From the NCBI RefSeq assembly GCF_001194135.2, contig NC_068997.1, positions 10,238,217-10,302,216 of the forward strand: DNA of 64,000 nt. Direction: 5' to 3'. A program made the position numbers and the translations under genes. The notes under the pieces are model-generated. The model was not told the origin of the DNA and searched no databases. It saw only the letters and a list, made by a program, of their open reading frames with translations. The stretch is from Octopus bimaculoides (taxonomy: Eukaryota). Positions 61,881 to 64,000 of this stretch are shown in pieces (position 1 is the first letter of the stretch; every line of letters begins with the position of its first letter).

Positions 61881-62358
61881 TATTTTCAGTTTACCGTACT
61901 AAGTATGGCTACATACATTTAACTATAAATACTTTATGCAGCAGATGGTGCTCTTCAGAAGTTCTCTATTGTGCTTATTAATTTGCGTATTAATCAATTA
62001 TTTTCATACAAGAAATGAAAATCAACCAGCAACCATATCTATTAGTTGTACTGAAGTCTTGATAACTACGAATTGCCTGTGCCTCTCTGAGGAAGTTTAA
62101 TAAGATCACAACATATCTATGGCTGTCACCATAGCAACCAAAAATCAGGTTCATTAACGCTAATGAGTTTTCTCCTTGTTACGGTTATGATTTCAGTTAA
62201 TGGAAAATTATTTTTGGTTCACTACACTAAGTAATATNNNNNNNNNNNNNNNNNNNNNNNNNNNNNNNNNNNNNNNNNNNNNNNNNNNNNNNNNNNNNNN
62301 NNNNNNNNNNNNNNNNNNNNNNNNNNNNNNNNNNNNNNNNNNNNNNNNNNNNNNNATC

Positions 62359-62461
<103 letters not shown>

Positions 62462-62805
62462 TTATCTATCTATCTTTCTCTCAATCTATCTACACGGACA
62501 CACGTATATGTGTGTGTGAGTATGTGTGTGTTTGTGCGTTTGTGTGTGTATTTGATTGCTATTTTTAACTGGACGAGAGATCACGTAGTGGTGCCCTTGT
62601 TTCCTGATCAGGTAGCTTTTTATTGTGTTTGGAGGGAGCCGTCTATAAAAATTATAGTATATTCCAATCTAGTCTGCTATATATATATATCCCATATCTC
62701 GAGGTATAGAACTCGGCCATATTGGACAATAAAGAATCGTAAATACATTACGAATTCCTCTTCTAAATTCTAAGAAAATAGCATTTTGTATATATAAATA
62801 CTTAC

Positions 62806-62884
62806 CCCTTTCGGAATTGTATATCCACGAATGTTTATATCCTTGTACAACTGTCTGAAGTTTCCTGGAATAACTGGGTAGTAC
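62806..62884 (-). CDS. mitochondrial-clan cytochrome P450, 79-nt exon
   Basis: TTTCAG acceptor, GTAAGT donor; (R)YYPVIPGNFRQLYKDINIRGYTIPKG; phase 2 to phase 0, joins the 207-nt exon in frame. Confidence 0.92.
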
Positions 62885-63309
62885 CTGAAAGCGAAAGAAA
62901 AAAATGCGTTTTTTTATTAAATATATCTTGAACTTATTTTTAGGAAGAGATAATCATTTATTACATCGTACTATCTTTTAAACGATTTTTAATTTCTCTG
63001 GTTACCTCCTTCCCTTGATGCCCCCCCCCCACTAAACACTGCTTATTTTGCTTAATGGTGAATACAGCGCTACAGTCACGAAAAGTTGTGGGAGGAAATG
63101 AAGAAGATGTCCTCATGCAGGAGGAAACAACCTGATCCGCATGGTTGATTCTCATGAATTCAACAACCAAGTTCTCGGTGGTTATAGTGTTAAACCAGAT
63201 GACAGGTGAAGGTTACCACTCATGTAGGCCATGGCGGGATTTGAACACAAAACTCGAAGAGCAAGAATAAATACGATAAGGCATCCGGTTTGCATTCTAC
63301 TAGTACAAA

Positions 63310-63455
63310 GCCTTGGAATGGTCCTTATTTTATTGCCCCCCCACCAAAAAAAAAAAAAAAATTAAAGGCGAAGTTGACCTCGATGTGATTTGAACTCGGA
63401 ATATAGAGGTTCGGAAAACATTCTGCTTGACTCGACACTCAGATGACTCTGCCAC
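63310..63455 (-). mobile_element. SINE family B, degenerate
   Basis: AAAGGCGAAGTTGACCTCGATGTGATTTGAACTC. Confidence 0.55.
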
Positions 63456-63816
63456 TTTATCACTACGATAAAATACACGAAGCAATAATTGTATTGCACA
63501 CCAAGAATGTATTTTTATGCTGTTCCATGCTTCAATGTATATTATGTATGTTATGTATGTAATATATATTCACCGGAATTTTAATCTGCTGCTGTTTTAA
63601 GTGTTTCTTTTCATTTAACTGTAGCCCTGCTACTGTTTGCATCAATCAGTAAATGTTTCGTTTGACGATTTCTGTGTCGGAACAAGCATTTTCGGCTTGG
63701 CTCTGAATGTCGGGGATATTTGTCACTAAGGAGACCAAATCAAGTCGTAACACCGTGTCAAGCGATCCACTAGGATTCTAAGCGAAGCCCTTTATTTGTT
63801 TACTTATTTACGTTGA

Positions 63817-63852
<36 letters not shown>

Positions 63853-63879
63853 AATATAGATAGATAGATAGGCAGATAG

Positions 63880-63930
<51 letters not shown>

Positions 63931-64000
63931 TGATAAGCAAAGACATGCTGATATATTTTTGTTGAATTGTTAAACGTTTGTAAGAGATCTTTCAACTACA

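Overview
AT-rich animal DNA, dense in microsatellites and broken by many N gaps. The repeat families and architecture point to an octopus or other coleoid cephalopod (inference). Two host genes are supported. (1) A complete SK/KCNN small-conductance Ca2+-activated K+ channel with an intron-free CDS (25244-26644, +, 466 aa), an intact TVGYG filter and a remodelled calmodulin-binding domain. (2) The last three exons of a mitochondrial-clan cytochrome P450 on the minus strand (62884-62806, 60827-60621, 59507-59382); the rest of that gene lies beyond the window. The remainder is mostly transposon debris: several tRNA-derived SINE families (A, B, C etc. are my own labels; about 30 copies), mariner/Tc1 relics including one full-length copy with TIRs, RLE-type (R4/Dong-like) and RTE LINE ends, a Penelope GIY-YIG end, an ORF1-only L1/Tx1-like element, MITEs/foldbacks and simple repeats. 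The most interesting signals are the divergent intronless SK paralog, a Penelope end carrying a tRNA-like promoter plus a hammerhead-like remnant, a LINE/SINE pair sharing a 3' tail, and a MITE carrying telomeric repeats. Most ORFs in the supplied track are microsatellite or gap artefacts. Repeat boundaries are approximate unless TSDs or TIRs are quoted.
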